64,000 nucleotides of DNA from Lama glama. Lineage: Eukaryota. The notes under the pieces were generated by a model that did no database searches, was not told the origin of the DNA, and saw nothing but the letters and a program-made list of their open reading frames with translations. Location of the stretch: assembly GCA_028534125.1 (NCBI GenBank), contig CM052818.1:22818001-22882000 (forward strand). Direction: 5' to 3'. Made by a program: the position numbers and the translations under genes. Position 1 is the first letter of the stretch. Every line of letters begins with the position of its first letter. Below, one piece after another: positions 49,801 to 62,009 of the stretch.

Positions 49801-52800
49801 CTGATAAAGTCCATGGAAGTAAGGAAGAAGATGAATGTCTTTTCATTGTTAATAATCTGAACCTGGATTAAAAAGTATTTTCGACATGTAAAGATTTTAT
49901 GGAAAAAATAATATATGTGTTGTGTAGCATTTACTGCTGAAGATGCACATGACTGAACAGTTCCAATGCCTGTTGGTTTTAACCATTATTTTCATTGACC
50001 CTATTCTCAATGGGAGTAGTGATTAAAATGTGTGTATGGTCAGTTCTCCCACTTCCACTGTGTATACATAACTGTTGCTAATTGTCATCATTAATGGCTA
50101 TTACATTTGTCATAGAGGGAGCAGCTGTATTATCAACCCCTAGGGAAGGTAGTTTGGATAGGAAAGATTATGTTATAGTTCGGGATTTAAGGTAGTAATT
50201 TTACTGTTTCAAAACTCTTTTAGGAATGATGGTTTAAATGGGCATCACTTTTATCTTCTAATAAAAACATTCTTAAAATCAGCTCAATCTGTGGCATAAT
50301 TTTGTTTTCTGCTTTAATATGGGATTAGTAAAGTGTGCCATTATATGGGTCATAGCTTTTCTTATTTGACTGTGTTACTTGTGTAATTTATGTCAGATCA
50401 TTAACAGTACCTATAAATGTGCATCAAATATTCAATTAATTAGTGGTTTCTTTACTCCCTAAGGAAATAATATTTTATGAAAAGTTAACTTTGTTATGAT
50501 ATACATATGCTGTATGTACATCTGAAAAAAAATCTGTACAGCTTGACCATTTGAATAGTTAATAAATTTTGTCTTTGAGAACCACCTGCAGCTGATACTA
50601 AACACATGTTACTCTCGGTTGCGTTGACTTCATTAATTAGTGTAATTCACTCTTGGTGGACTTATTTCCTTTCTGTTTTGAATCTAAACTTCATTTTGCA
50701 ATAAACTAATGATGGATGAAGCATAAAAGGTGTCTCTTGGCTGTGACGGTGCCTCTGATGGTTGTGAGGCTTTGAATCAGTCATTTGATCTTCCTCTGAC
50801 CTGCTTTCACATTCTCTTTCTCCCTTTTAAGTGCTCTTCTCTTTGGTAAGAACATAAATAATCTATGTGAGGTAAGTTTCCAGGCGATGGTGATGGGTAT
50901 CCACAGGCACGTACTGTGTGTTGAGTTGAATAAAAAATCTTGGGCGTTGTACCTTCTGAATGCTGTGCTTGTTTACAGTATGTTCTCAGGGACACAAATG
51001 CCTGCCAGACCCTTTTGGTTTTCCTAGTGAAAAGGCCACATGACCCTCCCCACCTCCCCTTCCTCCTTGGTGTCTCTCTCCTCTGTGTGATCCTTGCCCA
51101 CATCCCACACTTCCACCTTCCAGATTTGACGTTCTTGTACTTCAGTGGCTCTTTGATTTGGGTGATGCTCTAGCCCCGCTGGCAGAAACATCTTGCTCCA
51201 GCACTGCCAGCAGCCTGGCAAAGTCACCCCCAGGATGGAGGCCACCCGTGTCTCAGGCAGGATTTCCGGAGAGCAGATGCCCCGCTTGTCCTGATTGTCC
51301 CAGCAGGTCCTAGCAGTGGGCTTAATTGTGAAGATGCCCCTCTAGGAGCAGATGCAAGGACTTCTGAGGGCAGAGAAGTAGATACCTTCCCAGACAACTG
51401 TTGAGCCCAAGTCCAACACTTCATTCCAGGGTCTCTGCTGACTGAAGGGGGAAACATTCTAGTGCTGAGGCGAGGGTTCCTTTGTTTTATTGCTATTAAA
51501 GTTATTACTTCAAGAGCTTGGCATGAACTATAAAAACAGTGGGGATCATGAGAAATTTGTTGATAATTGCTTTTGAGATAGGAATCCATTTGTCAGGTAA
51601 CACTTATGCGTTGTTAATCAGAGTGATGATTTCTAAGCCACAGGCTTTTCTCCTCAACTGAATTTTTATGTTTTATTTTTGGAACTAATCAGATTTTTGT
51701 TTTCTTTTAAGGGAAAATAATAGCAGATGTCAGACTGAACATTATATGCTTGGCTTCTTTCTCACAAATTAAAAAAATTACAAGCTAGTGTGCATGGTTG
51801 AAATTTTTGATATCTGTGAAGATAATATTTTGGTGAAAAAACAGGGGAAGAATTCTCAGAGGTCTTTTTTTCCTATCTTTCATCGATGTCTCAGTTTGAC
51901 AGACAGATAGATACATCACTGAGAAGTTCCATCCTCTTCACCTTCATTACATCTCAAGCAAGTTCTGTGAACGTACCTTTTCATTTGTGTTAGGCAGTGA
52001 ATGCAGTGAGTTGGGACAAAGTTTTAGCCGAAAATGGGTTTTGGCACTCAGCTACTAGAACAGCATAACCTTTCCAAGGCCAAGGAATTTGTAAGTGTGT
52101 GGGTGGTCCTTCTGTCTGCTGAAAATGTTGAAGTAAGTGTTTCAAAGTACTTTGCTCAGTTCTGAAGGATTTGTGGTGCTTGAGATCTTGAGCCAGGGTG
52201 TACTGAGGAGAGAGAAACTTGACTTGGGGAGCAAGTTATCTCAGTGGAGCTCTGTAGGAGAGATTGGACACATCTTTAAAAATGAACTGATTTTTTAAAA
52301 AAATGTATGAAAATAGTATAATCCCCATAGTAGAAAATTATAGGAAAGAGGAAGAGAGGAAATAAGCACATAGTTCCCTGTCAAGGGTAACAAGTTCTTG
52401 TCATCAGTTGGCTTTATTTTCTTCCCCTGGCCTCTTTTCTCTCTGTGCTCTGCTCTAGACACACATGTTGTGCTCTGTCCTTGAGGCATTCCGGGTGGGG
52501 AAAGTGGCCAATAGTAAAGCATTAAGAAGTCTAGGGGGAGGATACAGGTTATGAAATGGCTACTGTGGATCTCGGAGGATGGTCACCTCAATCAGCTTAG
52601 GAGTCAGGGAACGCTTTCTGGAAGGGTGATTCTTAAGTTCAGCTAGAGGAGACAGGCCCTTAAGGTTTTGTGACACTTAGAGGGTTTAGCATGCACCAAA
52701 GCAAGACAACGTGGCTTGTTCTGGTGATTGCACTTGGTTGGCAGGTACATAGAGGAGGATGTGAGGGATGCAGTCTGGTAGGCAGAGGCCAGATTAGTAA

Positions 52801-54334
52801 AGGTCTTATGTGTCAGCCAAGGAGGTTTCATAACTTTACCCTGCAGACACAGAGCCATTGAAGGACGAAAGTCAGGGGAATGACATGGCAAGGTTTGTCG
52901 TTAAGGAGGATCACTCTTTCAGGTAAGTCAAGGGTGCAGAAAAACTGGGGATAGTACGACCAATTAGAAAACTATTGTAGTCATCCTCCAGGCAGGAGGA
53001 AGTGATGAGAGAGGACCCAGTAGCAAAGATGACAGACGGAGGGAAAGAGTGAGCAGTTTTTGGTGAGAATAGAGGAAGTAACCTGGTTTCAGCTCTAAGA
53101 GACAGCCAAATGGGGCAAGAGGAGAATGGGAGGTTCAGGGGCCCAGCAGGGAAGTGGGGATGTTAAATGCCTCCCAGCAGTCAGTGGTAAACTGAAAACT
53201 AGTCATTGGATTCAGTGACTAGGAGCCCTAGGTGGCTGAGCTGAAATTTAATCCTAGGCCTTCTAACACTGAATACTCACTTTATACAGACTGCGCCGTG
53301 GTAGTGCGGGAATCTCTGGTTACTACCGACCAGTAGCCTGGCTGCTTGTGAGTTGAGCTGACCTTGAAATCACTTCTGGGATTTAGCCCTGAAGCACGTG
53401 ACTGTTCTTCTCAGTGCCATTGTTGGTTAGTTGTGAGCAGTTTGCAGCTACGTCCAGCAGGCCCAGCGCATGAACTAAATGGAGGATCTTTGCTTTTAGT
53501 CAAAGGGCTGACGGTTCAAGTTGTACTGAGTGGAAGGTGAAAGTAGCTGGGCGCTAAGGCCAGGCGTTCCGACTCTGATTTAGCAAACCTTTGATTCAAA
53601 GTTTCCATTTCCTTGAGTCCAACCTTTTCCAAGGTATTAGGAAGCACCATTTGAACTGTCTTCTGATCACTTGGGAAATCACAGCACATGAGAAGGTCCC
53701 ACGGGCCTGTTAATAGCAGAAATCACGTTTCAGTTAAAAACCAAGGGCAGTTCCACAACGGTGGCGTTTTACTACAAATAATGTAACTGAAACTGAGTAT
53801 ATTCTTAATCACATTTAGACTCAGGGAATGTGGCTTCAGCTTTGTTTGAAAGGGACTGTCATGAATAATAACCATTAATCATTAAGGACTATAAAATCTC
53901 AACCAGAAGAATAGGAGGGAAAAGTGATAGTGTTATGTGCAAGAGTCTCATTTAGTCATACACAGTTTCCTGCAGTGTGCTTTTAATTTTTAGTAAATGC
54001 TCGTCTTCATTTGTGGAGATTCTGTGGCTGACCAACTAGTGGAACCACCCTGAGCTTTTACTAATAATTTTAAAAAACATATTTGCAGCAATTCATTGTG
54101 CGTCTTGTTCATTCTCCTTCTGAGCAAAAGGAAACATTTATTTCTGAAACTATTTTTAAAAGCGCATAAAATTATTGTAACTAAAAGAAAATGTAATGAA
54201 TATAAAAAATCAGTAAAAATTTTTTCCATTCCGTATTGAACCCAACAGGCACCCACTGATGGTGGTTTGTTGTGCAATATTTCAGGCCTTTTCCTAGAAT
54301 GTATTTGGCTACTACTAGATCAAGAAAGCACAGT

Positions 54335-54802
54335 GACAATAGCCATAAAGATAAAAACAACTCAAATGTCCATCAGCAGATGAATGAACAAAATGTAGAG
54401 TACACACATACACACACACACAAATGGAATATTACTGAGCCTTAAAAAGAAATGAAAGTCTGATACATGCTGCAGCATGGATGAACTGTGAAAACATTAT
54501 ACTAAGTGAAGTCAGCCAGATGCAAAAGGATGAATATTGTATGGTTTCACTTATGTGAGGTGCCTGGAATACACGAATCCATAGAAACAGAAAATTGCGG
54601 TTACCAGGAGCTGGGAGTGAAAGGAATGGGGAATCACTGTTTAATGGGTATGGAGTTTCTGTTTGGAATGATGAAAAAGTTCTAGAAGTGAGTAGTGATG
54701 ATGATTGCACAACATTTTGAATGTACATAATACTGCTGAATTGTACACTTAAAGATGGTTAAAATGGTAAATTTTATGTATGTTTTACTACAGTAAAAGA
54801 AA
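54335..54802 (+). mobile_element. L1MB-like 3' end
   Basis: caaatgtccatcagcagatgaatg...aatgggtatggagtttctgtttggaatgatgaaaaagttctagaa... Confidence 0.85.
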
Positions 54803-57800
54803 ACCACAGTGACTATGAAATTTCTGTATCTACTCTAAGCACTTAGAAGTTATATAAAATATGCTACAAAATATTTTTAAAACGTGGTTGTATTTGACAG
54901 CTTGAAGTTTGTATCCATCACCCTGGGCTAAGTCATGCAATGATAACTAACAACCCCCAAATCTGAATTTTTTACTACTACAAACCTCATGTTTTACTCA
55001 TGTTACATGTTTTTCACAGGTTGGCAATGATTTGATGCCATTTCCTCTTCATTTCAGGATCCAGGATGAAGGCATATTCATTGCCTGGGATGTTTCTCTT
55101 CTTGTGATAGAGGAAAAGAGAAGATGGTGGACACACGCAGACTCTCACAGCTTCTACTTGGTAGTGTCACACTTCATTTTAATTCACATTTTATTGACAA
55201 AGCTAGTTACATGACCCAGCCTGACATTACTGGGATGAGGAAACATAATCCTCCTATAGGGAGGGGCAGTGAATATTTGGTAGCAATGATACAATTACTT
55301 TAGGGTTGAAACCAGAAATATGACATTTGTCTGTGGCCATGGAGGAAGGAAAGATACCTATACATGTGAGGCCTCCCTGAGCTGATAAAGGGTCTGTAAT
55401 CACACTATCTGGGTGGGGCAAGAGCCATGAGTCCTAATGGGAGGTCTGGCTCAGCTTCCTGCACCTGCTCAGGCTGGATCATAACACCAGAGGAACCACT
55501 TGACAGAAAGGGGCATAGGAGGACAAAATTCCCAAGATAATCTCTCAAATATAAATTAGAAAGCACTTGCAGTCCAGCCTTATGGAAGAGAATCAACAAA
55601 TTCAACAAGTGGGAGAAGTTTTATCAGGAAGTAGAAATAATAGGCCAATCCAAAAGATTTTAAAATAAAAAGTATATTTAAAATGCTTAGCTATAACGGA
55701 GGGACTAGTATTGGTGGAGTACGATCTAGAGACAACAAGACAAAAACAGTATATATGAAAAATATAGCCATTGAAATTAAAAACTACTTGGCTGGACAGA
55801 TTCAAAGAGAGAATTATTAAATTGGAAGATAGAACTGAGGAAACCTCTTGGAGTACAGAACAGAAAGGCAATAGATGGTAGACTGAGATGCTTCAGCTTA
55901 TGTGAACTAGGGGTTCCAGAAGGAGAGAACAGAAAGTGTGCAAAAGAGGCAATATTTGAAGACAGAATAGATGAGGATTTTCCAAGATTTAAGAAGGACT
56001 CATGTTATCAGATTGAAAACACTCAATGATGAGGCAGATTACAAAAATAAATAAGAATGAAACAAAAGAAGGAGGAAACAAACTACACTTGGAATACTGT
56101 GATTAAACCAAAAAAATGTTAGGAATAAAGAGAACCATCCTAAAAGCTACCAGAGGGAAAAGACAGATTGTCTAGAAAGGAATGGCAGTCACAATAACAG
56201 TATGCTGCTTCTTAGCACAAATAGTTACTGAAAGACAATGAAATAACACCTTAAAAGTACTGAGGGAAAATAATTTGGATGTAGAATTCTATACCCAGCT
56301 AAATTATCTATAGTGTGTGTAAAATAGAGATATTTTAAGACATGAAATAACTAAGAGAACTTACTACCAAAATGAAAAAAGTTCCTTTTTAGACCCTTAC
56401 TGGAAGGACAGCTAAAAACTATACTTCAGCAGGAATAAAAATGAATCCAAAAAGAAAGTGCATGATCCCGAAGAACAAAGAAGAGAAATTGCTAGACCAT
56501 GTTGGCAAACTTTGACTGTAATAATTATTATTTTAGCAACAATTTTTTGTGTGTGTTTAAAAGCAAGCTAGCAATTCTTCACTAGAAGAATAGAAACCCA
56601 ATATAGCTTCTTAATCAATAGAGGAAGAAAAATGGAATAAAATTTTATCAGTTCAGTAGAAGGTGAGAGGAAGAGAGAAAAGCAAAAAATAAGTATAGTA
56701 AATAGAAAAAATGAGATGGCAAATATACATCCAAATATATTAGTAATCAATTAACATAATGAGGTTAGATTCCTCTATTAAAAGATGAGATTCTTTCATT
56801 GGATTTTGAAAATTCCAGCTACATACTGTTTATAAAAAATACTTCTAAAAAAACTTGACATGGAAAGGTTAAAACTTAAGGGGTGGAAAATGATATTCCA
56901 GATTCCACTGGGAGAGAGAACTGAATAGCTGGGGTCAGGGATGGAAGAAAGACACCACTGGATAACATTTTACATTTTGAACTATATGAATGTTTTGTCT
57001 TTTTTAAAAAAAAAAAAAACCAATTACTATCCTAAAGAAAGTTGATGTAAAACAATGTAATTTTATATGTAAAATATAATAATAGTATCAGACCACAGGA
57101 ATTAATATGCTCAAAAGTTATTTTATATGACTGAGAGAAATAATCTACCAATAAATTATAAGAACCATGTACCTTACACCTCACAAAAGATCATTAAAAT
57201 ACTTAAAGCAAACCTAGTAGAATTTGACAAATTGATAATTATAATGGGAAGTTTTAACACAGCTGTCCAAAGAATTGATAGTCATCTTTGTGTTTACAAA
57301 CACAAATAGAAGATGTAATGACAGAGGAAGATCCTATTATCCAGTTGTGTCACAAAGAATAAAATACTGAATCAGTCAGGGTTCCATTTGGGAAACCAAA
57401 ACCACTCCCACGTATTTCAAAGCACAAAGCAATACATGGAATTAGATGCTTGCAAAATCATTGCCAGGGCTGGAGGTAATGTTAAGTAATCACAGATATA
57501 ATTTTTAAAAATTGTGTATACTAGTTTCTGACAGATGGTATGTGCTATATGAGTCTTTATTAGATAAAATTTGAAAGATATATAAAGTTGAGGAGTGTCA
57601 CGGAATTAATGATTTCCAAGTCAAATCATCATAGCCATAATTCAGAGGTGAGGAAGCTGTCACTGCTGCTGCCACCACAATTTCCTCATGTCCTTACAGG
57701 TGGTGACTAGATACTGGAGTCCACGGAGTGTAAACACTCAATCCAACCTCACCTTCAGCCACCACAGCATCAACTGCAGGGTCTGCGACCCCTTTCCACT

Positions 57801-60205
57801 TTCCTGCTCTTGTATGTATGTGTATGATTGATCAAAGCTAAGTCATATGCAGAACTCTAGCTGTCACAGTCTGGAAAATGTGATTGTTTTTTGCCTTTCA
57901 GCCCCTGTAACTGAGAGGGGAACAGAGAATTTGGTAGGAATGAATGTCAAGTGCCAGTTGACTATATCAAACACAAATACCTAAGAATCAGCCTAATACG
58001 AAATATCTAAGATCCTTACGAAGAAAACTTTTAAATACCACTGAAGGACACCATAGGAGACCTGAACAAATGAAAAACATTCCATATTCTTGGATCAGAA
58101 AGCTCAACATCACAAAGTTAATTTATGAAAGTGATGCAGGAGCAATAAAAATGCTAACTAACTCTTATTTAGAACTAGAAATGCTGATGTTGTGATTTAT
58201 ATGGAAATAAGAACAGTGTGGAAGGCGGAAAAAGTAGATCAATGAATGAGAAATAGCCCTGTGAGATCTTAAAGCACACAAACTCAAAAAACAATGAAGT
58301 ATTGATGAATGAATAAAGGCAAAGTAACGAAACAGAATAAAAAATTTTAAAGGATCAAAATACATAAGAAAATATATATATTAAAAGAACTATCTCAGAT
58401 TAGTGGGGAAACAGATACATTATTCAATAAATTTCATTGAGACAATCAGGGAGCCATCTGGGGAAAAAAAAAAGGTTGAATCCCTACCACAAAGCATACA
58501 CCAGAAAAGGTCCAAAGAGTTAAACATTAAAGATAAAAGTACAACATAAAACCATAAAAGTACTAGAAGGAAACATGGAATTCTTTCATGGCTATGAAAT
58601 GAAGAAAACCTTTCCAACTTTGACCACAAAGTTCTGCGTAGAAAACAAAACAAAACAAAAGAAGGGGCAGAGGAGAACAGAAGGAAGCCACCATAATAAG
58701 CAAATCAACGTCAAAAGACAAATGAGAAATTAAGAAAAATGCTGACAACAATACCCTATAAAATATACAAAATAACATTGAGAGCTGCAGATAAGAAAGT
58801 GCATTTACTAGGAAAAAAGGAAGATTGAAAGCATACTATTTAGGGTTCAGCTTAAGGCTAGAGAGCAAAAAGGCTGGAGACTGAACTCAAGGAATGCAGA
58901 AGGGATGAAAAAAGATAAAAAGCACAGATGAAAACAGATGTTTCTGTTGATGAAACAGAAAACAAAAAAAGAGGCTCAAGAAAACTTTCAAAAGCAGGTT
59001 TTTTGAGAAGAAAAATAGGCAGATACCTAGCAAACCAATTGAAAAAAAGAGGGGAGGCAGAGGTAAACAATTTTAGAATAACAGATTGCACATAACCCCA
59101 TATACAGTAGAGATTTTTGAAAATCATGAGAGATGGATTAGATATAGTTGACTGGAGGTTGGCGGTTATTTCCACCTCCTTCCAATGTGTCTTCCTGACT
59201 ACAGAGGCTGGAAAGCTGAAAACAGCATTTCAGCCAGCTTTCCAGATGAGAATTAGGTTTTGTCAGTAGCTGTGCTTGTGTGAGATTTGGTCATCAAAAG
59301 AGAAGCAGTGGTCATGATCCTGCAGCTTCCAACTCACTGTTCTTTGGCTGCCAGACAAGGGTATGGAGACTTGGCATCCAGAATCCAACTTTGAAGCTGT
59401 TGGTAGATGGTGGCCGTCCGGGCAGAACTAGAGTCAGAGCGTTGGGAGGCAGTGTTAGAGCTGGATTCCTGATCCTGGATTGCAGCCAGTGCTGTGTGTT
59501 CCTGAATTCACTTGTCCCAACGGCAGCCTCTGGCTCCCCACCTTCCTGGTGGTGCCATAGTTGGCAGTTCCTCTGGAGGGTCAGTTCTAGACTGTTCTGG
59601 GTTCCACCCAGAGCTCACTCCTCCAGCCCTTTTAACAATTTTTTAAGTACCCAGTTTGTTGTATTAAATCAGTGGTTCTTATTCCTTGTACTGAGACACG
59701 ACTGATGAAAAGAGTACTATCAACAATTCTGGGATAGGAAATTTGAAAAATTGGGTGAATGGATAACCTCCCAGAAAATACAAATTACTAAACGGACCCA
59801 GGAAACAATGAAAACTTGAATAGACGATAACAATAAAACTGAATAGATAGTCAAAACTGCCGGCTCCCGTCCCACCTCATACAAAGGCTACTAGGCCTAA
59901 ATGGTTATGTGAGCCAGGTTTGTAGGAGAAGATAACCGTTATGCAAATTGTTCAAGAGAGAAGAAAAATAGGGAAAGTTTCTCGACTCATTTTGTAAATA
60001 TTATATATAACCTTAGTACCAAAACTGGATGAGAGGACAAGAAGAAAAAAAAGCCCAATCGCAAGAACAAAAATGCTAAAATTCTAATTAAATTAGCACA
60101 TTAAATCTGGTATTGTATTAAAAAAATCCATCATGACCATGCAGGGTTTATTTCAGGTTATTAGAAAATATATTAAATTAATTTACTATATTACATTAAC
60201 AGATC

Positions 60206-61382
60206 TTTTTCTTGGTGCCAATTTTAAATACAGTTTTATTTAAGACATTGCATTTTCCACTTACAATACAGTGCTCATGAAGTGCAATGCTATTTCTTCT
60301 CCCTATGCACATTGCACATACTCCATATTCAAGTATCAAGAATGTCTTGGTTTTTTTCCCCCCAGTTTTACTGATAATGTATAATTGACATACGTCATTA
60401 CAAGTTTCGATGTACAGCATTAAGGTTTGATTTACATATATTGTGAAATGAATACCACAGTAACATCCGTCATCTCATATAAATTAAGCATTTAGTTAAC
60501 ATCCGTCATCTCATATAAATAAAGAGAAATGGGGAAAAATTTTTTTCTCCTTGTAATGAAAGCATTTGGGGTTTACTGTCTTAATAGTTTTCCTATATAT
60601 CTTACGGCAGTGGTAACTAGTCATCATGTTGTATATTACATCCTGAGTACTTATTTATCTTACAACTGAAAATTGGTACCTTTTGACCACCTTCCTCCAG
60701 TGCTTCCTCCCCTTACCCCCTGCCTTTGGTCTGATAACCACGAATCTGATCTGTTTTTCTGTGAGGTTATTAAAGAAAAAGATTCTGCATGTAAGTGAGA
60801 TCTAGTATTTGTCTTTTGTCTGACGTATTTCACTTAGTCTCATGCCCTCAGGATCCATCCATGTTGTCAGAATTGAAGAATGCCCAGTTATTTACTACAG
60901 CAGCTCAACTTTAAAGCTACCATGGAATTTGCTACAAATCTGGGTCCTTCAGTGTTTTGTGTGGAACGTTGCTAAATCTATGCTCAGGTTGCCTTAATCA
61001 GCCTCTTCAACGGTGGGCTCAGAGAAGGCACCACGAGATAGAGTGACTCCACCACCAGGGAAGCCCCCAGGCATTCCTCCCAGACAGCTTGGTAATGATG
61101 GGGTTGCAGACTTTATCCAGCTTTCTCTGCTGATGTTCAAATTCTTCCTTCTCTGCCGTCTGGTTCTTATTAAGCCAGTTGATGATTTCATTACAACAAC
61201 TTGTCAAGAATATTATGTTTGTCCTCATCACTGATCTTGCCTTGAAGTTTTTCATCTTCAACAGTTGCTTTCATGTTTAATGCACAAGATTCAAGCAAAT
61301 TCTTCGAAGATACCTTGTCCCACTGCTTATCTTCAGCTTTGTACTTCTTAGCTTCCTGGACCATACGCTCGTTGTCTTCCTT
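60206..61382 (-). pseudogene. HSPA8: 5'-truncated processed pseudogene of HSPA8 (Hsc70): C-terminal CDS and 3'UTR
   Basis: Frameshifted pieces [18 protein letters not shown]...[20 protein letters not shown] / [23 protein letters not shown]...VCNPIITKL / [11 protein letters not shown]...PTVEEAD* (stop 60994-60996). No introns; HSPA8-like 3'UTR with AATAAA at 60235-60240 (minus) and a short A-rich tail. Confidence 0.93.
60351..60875 (-). mobile_element. L1 3' end inserted in the HSPA8 retrocopy 3'UTR
   Basis: Poly-T start and L1 3'UTR motifs. Decayed TSD beginning aagaatg at 60338 and 60876. Confidence 0.85.
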
Positions 61383-62009
61383 ATAGAGAAACACCATATG
61401 GTTTGAGTAGATTCAGAAAAGACATTTAGCAAGATTCAACACCCATTCATAACATTTCTTGGCAAACTGGGCATCAAAGGGACCTTCTTAACTTGATAAA
61501 CCAAAAGCCCACAGCAAATGTCATTCTCAGTGGTTAAACTTTAGAAGCAGTTTCACTAAACTCAGGAATGTGACAAGGACGCCTGTGGTTATTACTGGTA
61601 TACAGCACTGAGCTAATGGTCCTATCACATGATGTTACCAGAGAACCAAGAAACCAGGAGAGCAGCAGAACTAATGAGGGTATTTGCAAGGTGGCTGGAT
61701 TCAAGGTCAACATAAAAAAAAAAAAAAGTAACATTTCTTTGCATGAAAAATAACCAATTAGAACACGTGTAAAAAAATAAGAGAGAGGGAGAGAGACATA
61801 TTCATATTAGCAAGATAAATAAGATACTTAGACATGAAATGCAAACTCCTGTTTAAAAGCTATATAAATACATTTAAAGGACACATAAGAACTGAATAAA
61901 TCATGTTTATGGAAGAGAAGACTCAGTAATCTCAAAATGGCAATTCTGCCCAAATTGATCTATAAATTCAATGAGACTCTAACAAAGATTCCTAATAGGT
62001 TTTTCCACA

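Larger units (their letters stand above)
45847..54229 (-). pseudogene. Candidate decayed multi-exon gene for a type I membrane protein with C-type-lectin-like modules
   Basis: Manual translation only. ATG 54229 plus signal-peptide-like stretch; recurring C-x8-W motifs at 53446, 51456, 47843 and 46608; splice-flanked segments 53281-53706, 48077-48284 and 46408-46634; Sushi-like and TM-like text at 45.9-46.2 kb. Multiple stops and frameshifts. Confidence 0.45.

Noticed and set aside
59140..59705. 141-aa ORF and GC-richer stretch inside the old L1
   Set aside because: Looks like an old LTR-type insertion; no domain signal.
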